From Hyphomonadaceae bacterium (GTDB taxonomy: Bacteria; Pseudomonadota; Alphaproteobacteria; Caulobacterales; Hyphomonadaceae), in NCBI GenBank assembly GCA_027482995.1, contig JAIXVM010000261.1:1-46288 (forward strand): 46,288 nucleotides of DNA. Direction: 5' to 3'. Every line of letters starts with the position of its first letter. The stretch's first letter is position 1. The position numbers and the translations under genes were made by a program. Shown one piece after another: positions 1 to 14,675 of the stretch. A model generated the notes under the pieces. It was not told the origin of the DNA and made no database searches. It was given only the letters and a program-made list of their open reading frames with translations.

Positions 1-145
1 CGCCAGACCCGAAGCCGGAACGGGGCGAACGCCGCCTGCCGCCCGCCGGTCCGCTGCCAGACCGGATCGGCGCGGGCAGCCACTAGCGCCCCAGCCAGAC
101 GACCGGCTTGACACCTCCCGCCAGCCGGGCGACCCGCTGCTACCC

Positions 146-1078
146 ATGACACGCCCTTCCCTTCCGCCCGCTCGGGGCAAGCTGATCGAGAACGCGGCGC
201 TTGCGCCTTACACATGGTTCCGCGTCGGCGGTCCGGCGGATGTGCTTTTCCTTCCCGAGGATGAGGCCGACCTTGCCGCGTTCCTCGCAGCGCTCGATCC
301 CGCCATTCCTATCACTGCGCTGGGCGTCGGTTCAAACCTGATCGTGCGGGATGGCGGCATTCCGGGTGTCGTGATCCGCCTCATGGGCCGGGCCTGGGGC
401 GAAGTGATGAAGACCGGGGACCTCGAGCTGACCGCAGGCGCGGGCGCCCTTGATCTGGCCGTCGCCAAAGCCGCTGCAAAGCACGGCCTGACGGGGCTGG
501 AATTCCTGTCCGGCATACCGGGTTCGCTCGGCGGGGCGACCCGCACCAATGCCGGTTGCTATGGCCGGGAGCTGAAGGATGTGCTCGTTCGCCTCGAAGG
601 CGTCACCAGCAGCGGCGAGCGGCGCACCTATGGCCCTGGCCATGCGCCGGTCGAGTTCACTTATCGGCATACCGATCTTCCGGACGATTTCATCGTGACC
701 CGGCTCGTCCTCTCCGCCACCGGCACAGGGGACGCCGCGGAAATCTCGGCCGCCATTGATACCCTGCAAACGCGCCGCGCCGAGACCCAGCCGATCCGCG
801 AGAAGACCTCCGGTTCGACCTTTGCCAATCCCGATCCGCCCGGTACACCCGACCAGCGCTCCGCCTGGAAGCTGATCGACGCGGCCGGCTGCCGGGGCCT
901 CCGGGTCGGCGGCGCGCAGGTCTCGCCGATGCATTGCAATTTCCTGATCAACACGGGCGACGCGACCGCCGCGGATCTCGAAGCCCTTGGCGAACTCGTC
1001 CGCGCCCGCGTGCTGGAGCATTCCGGCGTCAGCCTGCGCTGGGAAGTGCGCCGGATTGGCCGCCTGCAGGCGGTCTAG
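146..1078 (+). CDS. murB: UDP-N-acetylenolpyruvoylglucosamine reductase
   Basis: [37 protein letters not shown] and HCNFLIN motifs; dcw cluster context. Confidence 0.97.
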   Translation: MTRPSLPPARGKLIENAALAPYTWFRVGGPADVLFLPEDEADLAAFLAALDPAIPITALGVGSNLIVRDGGIPGVVIRLMGRAWGEVMKTGDLELTAGAGALDLAVAKAAAKHGLTGLEFLSGIPGSLGGATRTNAGCYGRELKDVLVRLEGVTSSGERRTYGPGHAPVEFTYRHTDLPDDFIVTRLVLSATGTGDAAEISAAIDTLQTRRAETQPIREKTSGSTFANPDPPGTPDQRSAWKLIDAAGCRGLRVGGAQVSPMHCNFLINTGDATAADLEALGELVRARVLEHSGVSLRWEVRRIGRLQAV

Positions 1079-3141
1079 AACGTACCCTTCAGTTCCACCG
1101 TCAGGATCGGCCCGAACCCGCGCGCATACTTCTCGGAGCGCACAAGGGCGCCGTTCCGGTCCGGCGCATAGGTCTCACGCCAGAACTTGTCGCGCTGATT
1201 GAACAGGTTGCCGAGGGCAACCGTGCCGGTCAGGCCGCCGATGTTCTTGTGTTCGAGATAGGCCAGCGAGAAGGCTGGCTCGTTACTGCCAAGCGCGATC
1301 TGCGAAATCTGGTATTCCGGCTCCTGTTTGAAGCCTTCGACCACGACGCCCCAGGCCCAATCCGTATTCGGAACATCCTGCCGGAGTTCGACTTCATATT
1401 CATAGATCGGGTGGCCGTTGATCGCACGCCGCTCACCGGTGACGGGATCGTCCACCTCGGTATCATAATAGCCGCCGGTCAGTGTCAGCTCCGCGCCCTT
1501 GAAGCCTGCTTTTTCGAGCTTCAAGGTGGTTTCTGTCTCGATGGCAAACAGCTTCCCGCTTTCGAGATTTCCCGGGCCCGAGCCCGTGCCGATAGGCACC
1601 TGGTCTATAACATCCTCAAGTTCCACGAAGATCGTGCGAACGGTCGATGCGCCCCAATCCTTGAAATCCTTCTGGGCTTCGAGGTTCAGCCGCCAGGACT
1701 GGTTCGGCACGATCTCGGGATTGCCGCCCTGCCCATTCTCGGCCTCGAGGTTCACGGACGAAATGAAGTCGAAGAAGTCGAGCTGCCCAACGCGCCGCTC
1801 AACCTTGGTGACAAGCTTCAGCGATTCGCTCTGCTGCCAGGACAGGCTCGCCGTGCCCTTCGGCCGTGTGAAACTGCGCACGTTCTCCGCGTCGCCCGTT
1901 TGCGACAGCTCGGAATACTCCGCGCCCGCCGATATCTGGAGGCTGAGCTTGGGCGACAATTGCCGGCCATGTGTGAGGATGACCTCACCGCGCCGCTCTT
2001 CGACACGGGAGTTGGACAGGTCCAGAGAAATCTCCGTGAGCGGAGCACCGCCCACGCTTTCGAACAGCTGGCTTTCCGCTTCGAGGAAGTTGAAGGCGCC
2101 TTCCGCTGAAATCTGCCAGTCGGTGCCCTCTCCGGTCGGCAGGGAGTATTCACTGCGAAGGATGTATTCGCCCTCATCAACCGTTTGCAGGAAGCGCTGA
2201 TCGAACAGGTTCGTGCCATTGAGGTTGCCAAGTTCGAACCGGTCCACGAATGGGCTGTGCTCGAGGCGAGCAAGGCTGATCAGTTTCAAGCGCCCTGCCC
2301 CCAGCCCGAATTCAAGATCACCGCCGACTTCGGCGTTCCATTCGTCCTCCGACCCCGTGAAGAACCGCCGGCCTTCCGGTCCACCGACCGGGAACGTCTT
2401 GGAGACCTGCTTCTGGTCTGCCTGGGCTACCTGGGCCTTCGCGTTCAGGTTCGCGACAATGCCGCTGGCGGGCTTCCAGGCGGCCGAGCCCGACGCCGTG
2501 ATGTTGTCGGCAACGAAGGTGAAGTCCTCGTCCCGCCGCTCGATCACCGCGCCCGCGCCATTGAAGATGTCGCGCCAGCCGGCATTCGCGCCGCGCTCGG
2601 GCTCGCTTCCGGCTTCCAGGGTCCAGCTAAGATCCCCTTCGGCGCCAGACAGGGTCACATTGAACTCATCGAATGCGGGCGGCAGGTTTTCCCGGAGCTT
2701 CACCTGGTATCTCCAGGTTCCGTCCAGCGCGCCCTTTCCATCCGTCACCACATTGACGACTTTTCCGGACAGTCCAGAAATGTCCGTCTGGTTGCCGTCG
2801 AGCACTTCGATGCGCACGACCCGGCTTGCGCCGATCCGGCCGAGCGCTGCGGCAGCGCCGTTGGACTTCGCCGACACCCGCTGTCCATCGATCAGCACGT
2901 TGCCCCGGGCCTGACCGAAGCCGCGATTGCCGTTGTCATCGCTCTGGATCGCAAAGCCGGGGACGCGGCGCACCATGTCGAGCGCTGTCTGGGGCGCGAA
3001 CTGTGCGAAGTCGCCCGGCACGAAGACGGTACGGTCCGTATCGCTCTGGATGGGCGCATCGGTCGTTTCGGCGAAGGCCGTGATTTGGCCCGACAGCAAA
3101 AGCGCTGCCACACCGCTCATAAGGAATCGCTGCAACGGCAT
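1075..3141 (-). CDS. TonB-dependent outer membrane receptor
   Basis: Signal peptide from MPLQRF (start moved to 3141, RBS AAGGGGAG); plug motifs [18 protein letters not shown]; beta-barrel pattern; C-terminal Phe. Confidence 0.9.
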   Translation of the reverse strand: MPLQRFLMSGVAALLLSGQITAFAETTDAPIQSDTDRTVFVPGDFAQFAPQTALDMVRRVPGFAIQSDDNGNRGFGQARGNVLIDGQRVSAKSNGAAAALGRIGASRVVRIEVLDGNQTDISGLSGKVVNVVTDGKGALDGTWRYQVKLRENLPPAFDEFNVTLSGAEGDLSWTLEAGSEPERGANAGWRDIFNGAGAVIERRDEDFTFVADNITASGSAAWKPASGIVANLNAKAQVAQADQKQVSKTFPVGGPEGRRFFTGSEDEWNAEVGGDLEFGLGAGRLKLISLARLEHSPFVDRFELGNLNGTNLFDQRFLQTVDEGEYILRSEYSLPTGEGTDWQISAEGAFNFLEAESQLFESVGGAPLTEISLDLSNSRVEERRGEVILTHGRQLSPKLSLQISAGAEYSELSQTGDAENVRSFTRPKGTASLSWQQSESLKLVTKVERRVGQLDFFDFISSVNLEAENGQGGNPEIVPNQSWRLNLEAQKDFKDWGASTVRTIFVELEDVIDQVPIGTGSGPGNLESGKLFAIETETTLKLEKAGFKGAELTLTGGYYDTEVDDPVTGERRAINGHPIYEYEVELRQDVPNTDWAWGVVVEGFKQEPEYQISQIALGSNEPAFSLAYLEHKNIGGLTGTVALGNLFNQRDKFWRETYAPDRNGALVRSEKYARGFGPILTVELKGTF

Positions 3142-3232
3142 GTCATTTTCTCCCCTTGGGCGCGCCATCAAGCTGAACTTTCAGCCCAAGAAGTTTGCCG
3201 TTTTTCGCTATCGACTTGCCGCTTATCAACAA

Positions 3233-3250
3233 TGACTATGTGTGTAGTCA
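3233..3250. promoter_or_regulatory. palindromic operator candidate TGACTA-N6-TAGTCA
   Basis: Perfect 6-bp inverted repeat in the AT-rich divergent region between the TBDR and ddl. Confidence 0.4.
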
Positions 3251-3326
3251 ATCCACAATCGTCCGGCGAGGATGATATTTCTGTAATTCGCCGCAATCGC
3301 GCCGGACATGCGCCCCGCGCTGATCT

Positions 3327-3341
3327 TTAAGCTGCTGTTCA
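3327..3341. promoter_or_regulatory. CtrA-like box (TTAA-N7-TTCA) upstream of ddl
   Basis: One mismatch to TTAA-N7-TTAA, about 55 nt before the ddl start. Confidence 0.4.
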
Positions 3342-3395
3342 CCGCAGCATTCCATCAAGGAACGACAAGCGAGACACATCTCAGAAGGAGGTCAC

Positions 3396-4304
3396 ATGAA
3401 ACGGGTCGCGGTGATTTACGGCGGTTGGTCGTCCGAACGGCCGGTTTCGCTCTCGTCCGGCAAGCAGATGGCCGAAGCGGCGCGCCAGGCCGGCTACGAC
3501 GTCATCGAGATCGACGCGACGCGCGACCTTGCCCGCCAGCTGGCGGACGCAAAGCCCGACGCCGTGCTCAACGGCCTGCACGGCCCCTGGGGCGAAGATG
3601 GCTGCGTTCAGGGCCTGCTGGAGATCATGGGCCTGCCCTATTCCCATTCCGGCGTGCTCGCCTCAGCGCTGGCGATGGACAAGCTGAAGTCGAAAGCCGT
3701 TTACCGTTCCGTTGGCCTCGATGTGGCGGAAGACCGCCGTGTCACGCGCGCCGAAGCCGCCGCGGAACACGCCCTGAAGCCGCCCTACGTGATCAAGCCG
3801 GTCAACGAAGGCTCGAGCTTTGGCGTCCTCATCGTGCGCGAGGGCACCAACAGCCCGCCGCAGGAACTGACCGGGCCGCAATGGCGCTATGGTGACTACC
3901 TGATGGCTGAGGAATACATCCCCGGCCGCGAACTCACAGTCGCCGTCCTTGGCGACCGCGCCCTCGCGGTCACCGAGATCACCACCTTAAGAGACTATTA
4001 CGATTTTGATGCAAAATACGCGGCTGGTGGATCGCAGCATGTGATCCCTGCGGACCTGCCCGCGCACGTGACCCAGGCAGCGATGGACGCATCGCTCAAG
4101 GCTCACCTCGCACTCGGCTGCCGCGGGGCGACGCGCTCGGACTTCCGTTACGATGAGAAGAAGGACCGGCTCGTGATCCTCGAAACCAACACCCAGCCTG
4201 GCATGACGCCCACCTCGCTCGTTCCCGAGCAGGCTGCGTACCTGGGCATGAGTTTCGTGGATCTCGTCGCCTGGATGATCGAGGACGCCTCATGCCAAAG
4301 ATAG
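3396..4304 (+). CDS. ddl: D-alanine--D-alanine ligase
   Basis: [46 protein letters not shown] motifs; RBS GGAGG. Confidence 0.97.
   Translation: MKRVAVIYGGWSSERPVSLSSGKQMAEAARQAGYDVIEIDATRDLARQLADAKPDAVLNGLHGPWGEDGCVQGLLEIMGLPYSHSGVLASALAMDKLKSKAVYRSVGLDVAEDRRVTRAEAAAEHALKPPYVIKPVNEGSSFGVLIVREGTNSPPQELTGPQWRYGDYLMAEEYIPGRELTVAVLGDRALAVTEITTLRDYYDFDAKYAAGGSQHVIPADLPAHVTQAAMDASLKAHLALGCRGATRSDFRYDEKKDRLVILETNTQPGMTPTSLVPEQAAYLGMSFVDLVAWMIEDASCQR
3987..4001. promoter_or_regulatory. CtrA-like box (TTAA-N7-TTAC) inside ddl, probable ftsQA promoter
   Basis: TTAAGAGACTATTAC, encoded with the rare codons TTA AGA in a GC-rich gene, about 300 nt upstream of ftsQ. Confidence 0.6.
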
Positions 4305-5167
4305 AGCGCAACCAGACAGTGCCCTCGGGCCGCCGACGGCCTGCCACCATCATCGATGAAGCGACCGGCGAGGAAGTCCGCGTCTCGTCGATCATTTTCG
4401 GAGTGGTGATGCTGATCGCGATCCTCGTGGCGACGGCCGCCTGGATGGGCGGATCCATGTCGCAGATCGGCACCCGTTTCGGCGGCTTCATGGACGACAC
4501 CTCACGCCTCATCGGCATCGATGTCGAAGACGTCTCGGTCCTCGGCCTCGAGGACAATCCGGGCCTTGCCGAGGAAGTGCGCGCCGCCGCGATGATCGAG
4601 CCGGGCGAGAACATGTTCCGCGCCGACCCTCACCTGATCAAGAACCGCGTCGAGAGCACCAGCAAGGTGTTGAACGTCCGCGTGCACCGTCTCTGGCCCG
4701 GCCAGATCGTGATCCTCGCCGACGCCGCCGATCCTGTCGCGCTCTGGCATGATGGCCGGCAATGGCAGGTCGTGGACGGCATGGGCCGGGTTCTGCCGGG
4801 CGCGCACGCCGAAGATCATCCTGGCCTCCTGCGGCTCGCTGGCCAGGGCGCCCCTGAAGCGGCCCCGCAACTGGCAGCTGCCCTCGCTGCAGCGCCGGAC
4901 ATCAGCGGCCGCGTCGCGGTTGCCACTCGGATTTCAGACCGCCGCTGGGACATGCGCTTCATCAACGGCGTGACTGTGCGCCTGCCGGAAGACACCACGC
5001 TGGAGCCCGCCATCGAGCGGCTCGCCAAACTGCAGGTCCGCACCGCGCTGACCCAGCGCCCGCTCGAGATGATCGACCTGCGCAGCGCCGGCCGCGTCTA
5101 CCTCCGCCTCGCGCAGGCACCTGAGCCTGTCGCCGAACCGGTCAGCGGAGCCGCCGAGAAAACCTGA
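4292..5167 (+). CDS. ftsQ: cell division protein FtsQ
   Basis: Single TM helix, POTRA-like region (VHRLWPG), RRWD and IDLR motifs; lies between ddl and ftsA. Confidence 0.92.
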   Translation: MPKIERNQTVPSGRRRPATIIDEATGEEVRVSSIIFGVVMLIAILVATAAWMGGSMSQIGTRFGGFMDDTSRLIGIDVEDVSVLGLEDNPGLAEEVRAAAMIEPGENMFRADPHLIKNRVESTSKVLNVRVHRLWPGQIVILADAADPVALWHDGRQWQVVDGMGRVLPGAHAEDHPGLLRLAGQGAPEAAPQLAAALAAAPDISGRVAVATRISDRRWDMRFINGVTVRLPEDTTLEPAIERLAKLQVRTALTQRPLEMIDLRSAGRVYLRLAQAPEPVAEPVSGAAEKT

Positions 5168-6477
5168 TGTCCGAGCCGGTACCGAAGCGCCCTGCCCGCA
5201 TTCAGGGCCGCCCGGGCAGCACGGTCGCTGCGCTTGATATCGGCTGCCTGAAGACGACTTGCCTGATTGCCCGTCCGGATACGGACAATCCGCGCCGGAT
5301 GACTGTTCTGGGCGGCGGGCGGCATCCGACACGCGGTTTCACCGGCGGCACGATCACCGACATGGCAGGCCTCGAACGCTCGATCCGGCTCGCTGTCGAA
5401 GACGCCGAACGCGAAGCCGGCGAGCCGATCACCGAAGTGATCCTGGGCATAACCGGGCCGTCGCTCAGTTCGCGGCTTGTCAGTTCGTCGATCGATACCG
5501 GCGGGCGGGCGGTGACGGCGAAAGACGTCCGCCGCCTGCACGCGCAGACCCTCTTCAACGCGTCCCAATCCCCCGCGCATCGCAACAATGAGATCCTGTC
5601 GGCCTGGCCGATCGTCTACACGATTGACCGCGCAGCCGGACGCGTGCGCCAGCCCGTCGGCATGATCGCCGGACAGCTGAGCCTGACCATGGCGGTCGTC
5701 TCGGCGCCGAAGGCGATCGTCAAGAACCTCGTCGAATGCGTGGGCCGCGCGCATCTCGGCGTGCGTCAGCTCGTGCCTTCCGCCATCGCCAGCGGCGCGG
5801 GAACGCTGATCGAAGACGAGATCGAGAACGGCGCCGTCTGCATCGACCTCGGCTCCGGCGTTACCGCCGTGTCGGTCTATCTCCACGGCTCGCCCGCTTG
5901 GTTGGGGCTCGTACCCGCTGGCGGCGCACACGTCACCTCCGACATCGCGCAAGGCATCGGCACGACGTTCGCCGCCGCCGAACGCCTGAAGCACGTCTAT
6001 GGCACGGCCGACCTTGAAGGTCCGAGCCTGGCCGAACGCATCGAAGTGCCCCGTCTCGGCGATGACGGCCGGCTGCACGCCTCGAAACTGGAGCGCGCCG
6101 AAATCGCGCGCATCATCGCGCCGCGCATCGAGGAAACCTTTGAGCTGGTGCAGGCCATGCTGGCGCGCAGCGATGTCAGGTCGGTCCTGCCCCAGCGCGT
6201 CGTGCTGACCGGCGGGGCAAGCCAGTTGCCGGGCGTGCGCGAAGTCGCCGGCCGCATCCTGAAAATGCCGATCCGCCTCGGCCGCCCTGTTCTTGCTGAA
6301 ACTTTAGGCGAGCAGTTGGCAACGCCCGCTTTTTCAACGGCGTCCGGTTTGCTACTTTATCCGGAATTGGGGTTCACAGACGTCGCGCGGGCTGGCGCAT
6401 CGTCATTGGAAACGGAAGGCGGCAACAGCCGGGGATGGTTCAGTGAAGGCCTGTTCTGGCTGAAGGAAAATTTCTGA
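5167..6477 (+). CDS. ftsA: cell division protein FtsA
   Basis: ALDIG, IDLGSG, GGAHVTSDIA, AERLK, VLTGGASQL; C-terminal amphipathic WLKENF. Confidence 0.96.
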   Translation: MSEPVPKRPARIQGRPGSTVAALDIGCLKTTCLIARPDTDNPRRMTVLGGGRHPTRGFTGGTITDMAGLERSIRLAVEDAEREAGEPITEVILGITGPSLSSRLVSSSIDTGGRAVTAKDVRRLHAQTLFNASQSPAHRNNEILSAWPIVYTIDRAAGRVRQPVGMIAGQLSLTMAVVSAPKAIVKNLVECVGRAHLGVRQLVPSAIASGAGTLIEDEIENGAVCIDLGSGVTAVSVYLHGSPAWLGLVPAGGAHVTSDIAQGIGTTFAAAERLKHVYGTADLEGPSLAERIEVPRLGDDGRLHASKLERAEIARIIAPRIEETFELVQAMLARSDVRSVLPQRVVLTGGASQLPGVREVAGRILKMPIRLGRPVLAETLGEQLATPAFSTASGLLLYPELGFTDVARAGASSLETEGGNSRGWFSEGLFWLKENF

Positions 6478-6493
6478 CGCCGCAGCCTCTCAC

Positions 6494-6508
6494 TTAAGCG
6501 TTTTTTAG
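6494..6508. promoter_or_regulatory. CtrA-like box (TTAA-N7-TTAG) upstream of ftsZ
   Basis: TTAAGCGTTTTTTAG in the ftsA-ftsZ spacer. Confidence 0.5.
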
Positions 6509-6582
6509 CGGCGCAGAGGCATTCTTGCCGCTCAAGCCCGCAGACGCCAGCCCCGGCCGATGCAGACGCAGATTGAGGCGCC

Positions 6583-8082
6583 ATGACCCAGGAAATTAAG
6601 CCGCGGATCCTCGTATGCGGCGTCGGCGGTGCTGGCGGCAACGCTGTCGACAACATGATCGAGGCGAACCTTCAGGGCGTCGAGTTCATCGCCGCCAATA
6701 CTGATGCGCAGGCCCTGTCGCGTTCACGCGCCGACTACCGCCTGCAGCTCGGCCTCGGAACCACTTCGGGCCTCGGCGCCGGCGCACGCCCGGAGATCGG
6801 CGCCCGCGCAGCTGAAGAATCGATCGATGACATACGCGCCCGTATCGAAGGCGCCCACATGCTGTTCATCGCCGCCGGCCTCGGCGGCGGAACCGGCACG
6901 GGCGCCGCCCCGATCATCGCCCGCGCCGCGCAGGAAATGGGCATCCTGACGATTGCCGTGATCACCAAGCCGTTCGGCTTCGAAGGCACGCATCGCATGC
7001 GCCTCGCCGAAGAGGGCCTCGCCAAGATCCGCGGTCACGTCGACACGATGATCGTCGTGCCGAACCAGAACCTGTTCCGCATCGCCAATGACAAGACGAC
7101 CTTCGCCCAGGCGTTCCGGATGGCGGACGATGTGCTCTATTCGGGCGTGCGCGGGATCACCGACCTGATCGTCATGCCCGGCCTGATCAACCTCGACTTT
7201 GCCGATGTCAGCACGATCATGCGCGGCATGGGCACCGCACTGATGGGCATGGGTGAGGCGACAGGACCCGCCCGCGCTCTCGAAGCGGCGCGCCTCGCCA
7301 TCGACAATCCTTTGCTCGACGACGTGACGATCAAGGGCGCCAAGGGCGTGCTCGTGAACATCACCGGCGGCTATGACATGACGCTGTTCGAGCTCGACGA
7401 GGCTGCCAACGAAGTGCGCCGCGAAGTCGATCCGAACGCGAACATTATCCTCGGCTCGGCCTTTGATGCGAGCCTCGAAGGCCGCATCCGCGTGTCAGTC
7501 GTTGCCGCCGGGCTCGACGCCGCCGCGCGCCGCCTGCCCATGGCCGTGCCGATCACATCGCCGGTGGTTCAGCGGGCACCTGCGCCCTCAACCGCGCCAG
7601 TGCCGGCGCCGGAGCCTGAACCTGAAATCGTTCAGGAGGCCGCCATCGTCGCCGAAGCGACCCGGGTCGCGCCTCCCGTTGAGGAGATCGAAGCCATTCA
7701 CGAGGAAGACGAGCTGATCGCGCCGGCGTCCGAAACCTACGAGCAGGATGTCGCCGCCGACGCGCGGCCCAAGATCGTCACGCCCCCGCGCACCGCCGCC
7801 GTGCCGCCCCCGCGGTCGTCCGGCGTGTTTTCGGATCGCACCGACCCGCCGGCGCCCGACCGGCCGCACCGCGACTCGGCGCCGACGTCCTCGGGCTTCG
7901 CCGGCCTGTTCGGTTGGCGCCGCCCGGCACCCCAGAGCCAGAACGATTCCGGTCCCCCTCCAAAAGGCCCGAGCCCCAATCCGCCGATCATCTCGTCACC
8001 CGATGATCACCCGGACCCGGCGCCGTTCAACGATGCCGATCTGGAGATTCCGGCCTTCCTGCGCCGCTCCGCTAACCATTAG
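6583..8082 (+). CDS. ftsZ: cell division protein FtsZ
   Basis: [16 protein letters not shown] tubulin signature, NLDFAD, long Pro-rich linker, C-terminal LEIPAFLRR. Confidence 0.99.
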   Translation: MTQEIKPRILVCGVGGAGGNAVDNMIEANLQGVEFIAANTDAQALSRSRADYRLQLGLGTTSGLGAGARPEIGARAAEESIDDIRARIEGAHMLFIAAGLGGGTGTGAAPIIARAAQEMGILTIAVITKPFGFEGTHRMRLAEEGLAKIRGHVDTMIVVPNQNLFRIANDKTTFAQAFRMADDVLYSGVRGITDLIVMPGLINLDFADVSTIMRGMGTALMGMGEATGPARALEAARLAIDNPLLDDVTIKGAKGVLVNITGGYDMTLFELDEAANEVRREVDPNANIILGSAFDASLEGRIRVSVVAAGLDAAARRLPMAVPITSPVVQRAPAPSTAPVPAPEPEPEIVQEAAIVAEATRVAPPVEEIEAIHEEDELIAPASETYEQDVAADARPKIVTPPRTAAVPPPRSSGVFSDRTDPPAPDRPHRDSAPTSSGFAGLFGWRRPAPQSQNDSGPPPKGPSPNPPIISSPDDHPDPAPFNDADLEIPAFLRRSANH

Positions 8083-8109
8083 GCTGGAGTGTGGCCCCCG
8101 GGCGACACA

Positions 8110-8124
8110 TTACGCCGGGATTAA
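8110..8124. promoter_or_regulatory. CtrA-like box (TTAC-N7-TTAA) upstream of lpxC
   Basis: TTACGCCGGGATTAA in the ftsZ-lpxC spacer. Confidence 0.35.
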
Positions 8125-8263
8125 TTCGCAATACTATCAACGAACTAAGCTCCGCACAGGGGAGTCGCTGTAATACGGCGAAACATCCTGTGTTTTGAGT
8201 GCGGGAAGCGCCCAGTCCATCTACGATCCAACAGTAGCGTTCGGGCTGAGGATTAGAGTTCAG

Positions 8264-9175
8264 ATGGCGATTGAGCGGCAAACCACGATCCAGCGCAAAG
8301 TCAGTTGCGCAGGTATCGGCGTCCACAGCGGCGTGCGCGCTCGCCTCACGCTGCTGCCCGCCCCTGCCAATTCGGGCATCCGGTTCGTTCGCGTTGATCT
8401 GCCGGCCGGCACCGGCGAAATCCTGGCCCACGCAGATTGCGTCTCGGACACGCAGCTCGGCACTACGCTGGCGAACGCTCATGGCGCGACCGTTGCGGTG
8501 GTCGAGCACCTCCTCGCCGCCATTTCGGGGCTCGGGATCGATAACCTGCTCATCGAAATCGATGCGCCGGAATTGCCCATCATGGATGGCTCGTCTTCGG
8601 TCTTCTACGAATTGCTGATGAAAGCCGGCCAGAAGACCCAAGGGTCTGCGCGCCGCCGGATCCGTATTCTCGAAACCGTCGAAGTCCGCGAAGGCCCGAA
8701 GCGCGCATCACTCGCACCTGCCAACAGTGATGTGCTGACCCTGCGCGCCCGTATCGAATACACCGATCAACTGATCGGCGTGCAGCAAATGGCGATGCGC
8801 CTTGCGCCCGGCATGTTCGCCCGCGACCTCGCCTTTGCCCGCACATATGGCTTCGCGCGCGATGTCGAGATGCTCCGCTCGATGGGTCTTGCCCGCGGCG
8901 GCTCGCTCGAGAATGCGGTCGTGATCGGCGAAGACGGTATCCTGAACCCGGAAGGCCTGCGCGTTGAGGACGAGTTCGTCCGTCACAAGATGCTGGACGC
9001 TGTGGGCGACCTTGCGCTCGCAGGCGCCCCGATTGCCGGTGATTATGACGCGGTTCAGCCGGGCCACGGGCTGAACAACAAACTGGTTCGCAAGCTGCTC
9101 GCTACGCCCTCGGCCTGGTGCTGGGAAGACGCCGGCGCCAATGTTGCGCTGGCCGAGACGCGCGCCGCCGTCTGA
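8264..9175 (+). CDS. lpxC: UDP-3-O-acyl-N-acetylglucosamine deacetylase
   Basis: GIGVHSG, VEHLLAA, PIMDGS, ARTYG, HKMLD motifs; start moved to ATG 8264. Confidence 0.97.
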   Translation: MAIERQTTIQRKVSCAGIGVHSGVRARLTLLPAPANSGIRFVRVDLPAGTGEILAHADCVSDTQLGTTLANAHGATVAVVEHLLAAISGLGIDNLLIEIDAPELPIMDGSSSVFYELLMKAGQKTQGSARRRIRILETVEVREGPKRASLAPANSDVLTLRARIEYTDQLIGVQQMAMRLAPGMFARDLAFARTYGFARDVEMLRSMGLARGGSLENAVVIGEDGILNPEGLRVEDEFVRHKMLDAVGDLALAGAPIAGDYDAVQPGHGLNNKLVRKLLATPSAWCWEDAGANVALAETRAAV

Positions 9176-9239
9176 CCCGCGGAGGCTGCGAGGGCGCTGT
9201 TTCCAAGATTCTTTTGAGATTGGTCGCAGGGCGTGGGCG

Positions 9240-9674
9240 TTAGCCCATCAGCCCCTTTTCGGCTGCAGCGACGACGGCATCGCCGGTCAGCGCACCTTCC
9301 ATCTCTTCATCGCCGCGCCCGGCCAGCGAGCGGACGAGTGCCATAAGGTGCGTGCGCACACGCTCATCTTCGATGCGGGAGAAGTTCCGGACGAGATCGA
9401 TCACCGCCCGTGACGAACCACCCGCCGACTCGGTCTTCTCGACCGCGCCGAAGAACCAGCCCGGCTGGACTTCCAGCACTTCAGCGATCTGGGCCAGGCG
9501 GCCTGCGCTGACGCGGTTCGCGCCGGTCTCGTATTTCTGGATCTGCTGGTAGGAAATGCCGAGGGCGTCGGCCAGCTGGTCCTGTGTCAGGCCGAGGAGG
9601 ATGCGGCGGCGGCGCATGCGCTCACCCACCTGACGGTCCACCGTGTTCGCGTCGCTGAGTTTGCGGTTCGTCAT
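9240..9674 (-). CDS. XRE-family HTH transcriptional regulator
   Basis: DRQVGERMRRRR-TQDQLA-LGISYQQIQKYETGANRVSA, a typical alphaproteobacterial HTH_3 sequence. Confidence 0.92.
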   Translation of the reverse strand: MTNRKLSDANTVDRQVGERMRRRRILLGLTQDQLADALGISYQQIQKYETGANRVSAGRLAQIAEVLEVQPGWFFGAVEKTESAGGSSRAVIDLVRNFSRIEDERVRTHLMALVRSLAGRGDEEMEGALTGDAVVAAAEKGLMG

Positions 9675-9921
9675 CTACTGTGCCTGCTCTTCAAAATAGC
9701 GGAATGGGCTGGCGGGGCAGCGACTCGTGAACGGGCCGTTCCACTATTCCTCAGTTACACATAAGCCGGCTGCAGCAATCGGCAAGCAGTTTCTGGGCCA
9801 GGCCCCTGCGGCTTGAGCGCCCGGGCATCCGGAAAGTCTGCCATTCGGGCCTTGGAAAGGCGTCCTCATTCGGGCTAAGCAAACAGACGCATTCCCGAAA
9901 GCCGCAAGCACAGGCCGTTCG

Positions 9922-10755
9922 ATGTCCAGATTGACTCCCCTCCCCTTGGCGATTGCCGCCTGCGCCCTGGCCCTCAGCGCATGCCAATCGACCCGGCGCA
10001 ATACCGAACTGGCCTATGTCGAGCGCCCGGTCGAGCAACTCTACAACCAGGCAGCCGGAGAACTCGACTCGCGTGACTATGCGAGCGCGATCCTGCTGTT
10101 CGAGGAAGTCGAGCGGCAACACCCCTATTCGGAGTGGGCCCGCAAATCGATGGTGATGTCGGCCTATGCGTCCTACAAGACGCGCGATTATACGACCGCC
10201 ATTGCTGCGGCTGAGCGCTATCTCGCCCTTCACCCCGGCGGATCCGAAGCCGAGTATGCGTATTACTTGATCGCCCTCAGCCATTTCGACCAGATCGTCG
10301 ATGTCGGCCGCGACCAGGCCACGACCGAGCGCGCGCGCACCGCGCTGAATGACATCGTCCGCCGGTTCCCCGACAGCGAGTACGCCAAGGACGCAAACCT
10401 CAAGCTCGACATGGTCAACGACCAGCTCGCGGGCAAGGAAATGACCGTCGGACGCTGGTACCTGCGCTCCAACCAGACGCTTTCGGCCGTCAACCGTTTC
10501 CGGAACGTGATCGAGACCTACCAGACCACCAGCCACGCCCCGGAAGCCCTGCACCGCCTCGTGGAAGCTTACCTGACGCTCGGCCTCAAGGACCAGGCGC
10601 TCGCCGCCGGCGCAACGCTCGGATACAACTACCCGGACAGTGACTGGTACAAGATGAGCTACCGCCTCCTCACCAACGAAGGCGTGGACCTCGAAGCGGT
10701 CAGCGCATCTGAAAAGCGCACGTTGATCGAACGGCTGATCCCCGGCGGCAATTAG
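9922..10755 (+). CDS. bamD: outer membrane protein assembly lipoprotein BamD
   Basis: Lipobox LSAC; TPRs; HPYSEWA, DVGRDQ, EALHRLVEAY, YPDSDW motifs. Confidence 0.96.
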   Translation: MSRLTPLPLAIAACALALSACQSTRRNTELAYVERPVEQLYNQAAGELDSRDYASAILLFEEVERQHPYSEWARKSMVMSAYASYKTRDYTTAIAAAERYLALHPGGSEAEYAYYLIALSHFDQIVDVGRDQATTERARTALNDIVRRFPDSEYAKDANLKLDMVNDQLAGKEMTVGRWYLRSNQTLSAVNRFRNVIETYQTTSHAPEALHRLVEAYLTLGLKDQALAAGATLGYNYPDSDWYKMSYRLLTNEGVDLEAVSASEKRTLIERLIPGGN

Positions 10756-10778
10756 TCCGTCTACAGATCACGCCTGAA

Positions 10779-14566
<3,788 letters not shown>

Positions 14567-14584
14567 GCGGGGTCCATAGCACAA

Positions 14585-14599
14585 GAACAAAAGCGGAAC
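14585..14599. promoter_or_regulatory. LexA (SOS) box, alphaproteobacterial type
   Basis: GAACAAAAGCGGAAC is an exact GAAC-N7-GAAC (GTTC-N7-GTTC), about 20 nt upstream of recN. Confidence 0.85.
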
Positions 14600-14675
14600 A
14601 AACGGAATCTTGCTTGCGCCGCCCGGCGGGTTGCTTTCATCTGCACGGGCGCGGAGGGCGGCCGAGGGAGACGGG

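Noticed and set aside
7540-8030. Pro/Ala-rich low-complexity region in ftsZ as a repeat or insertion
   Set aside because: Normal long disordered linker of alphaproteobacterial FtsZ
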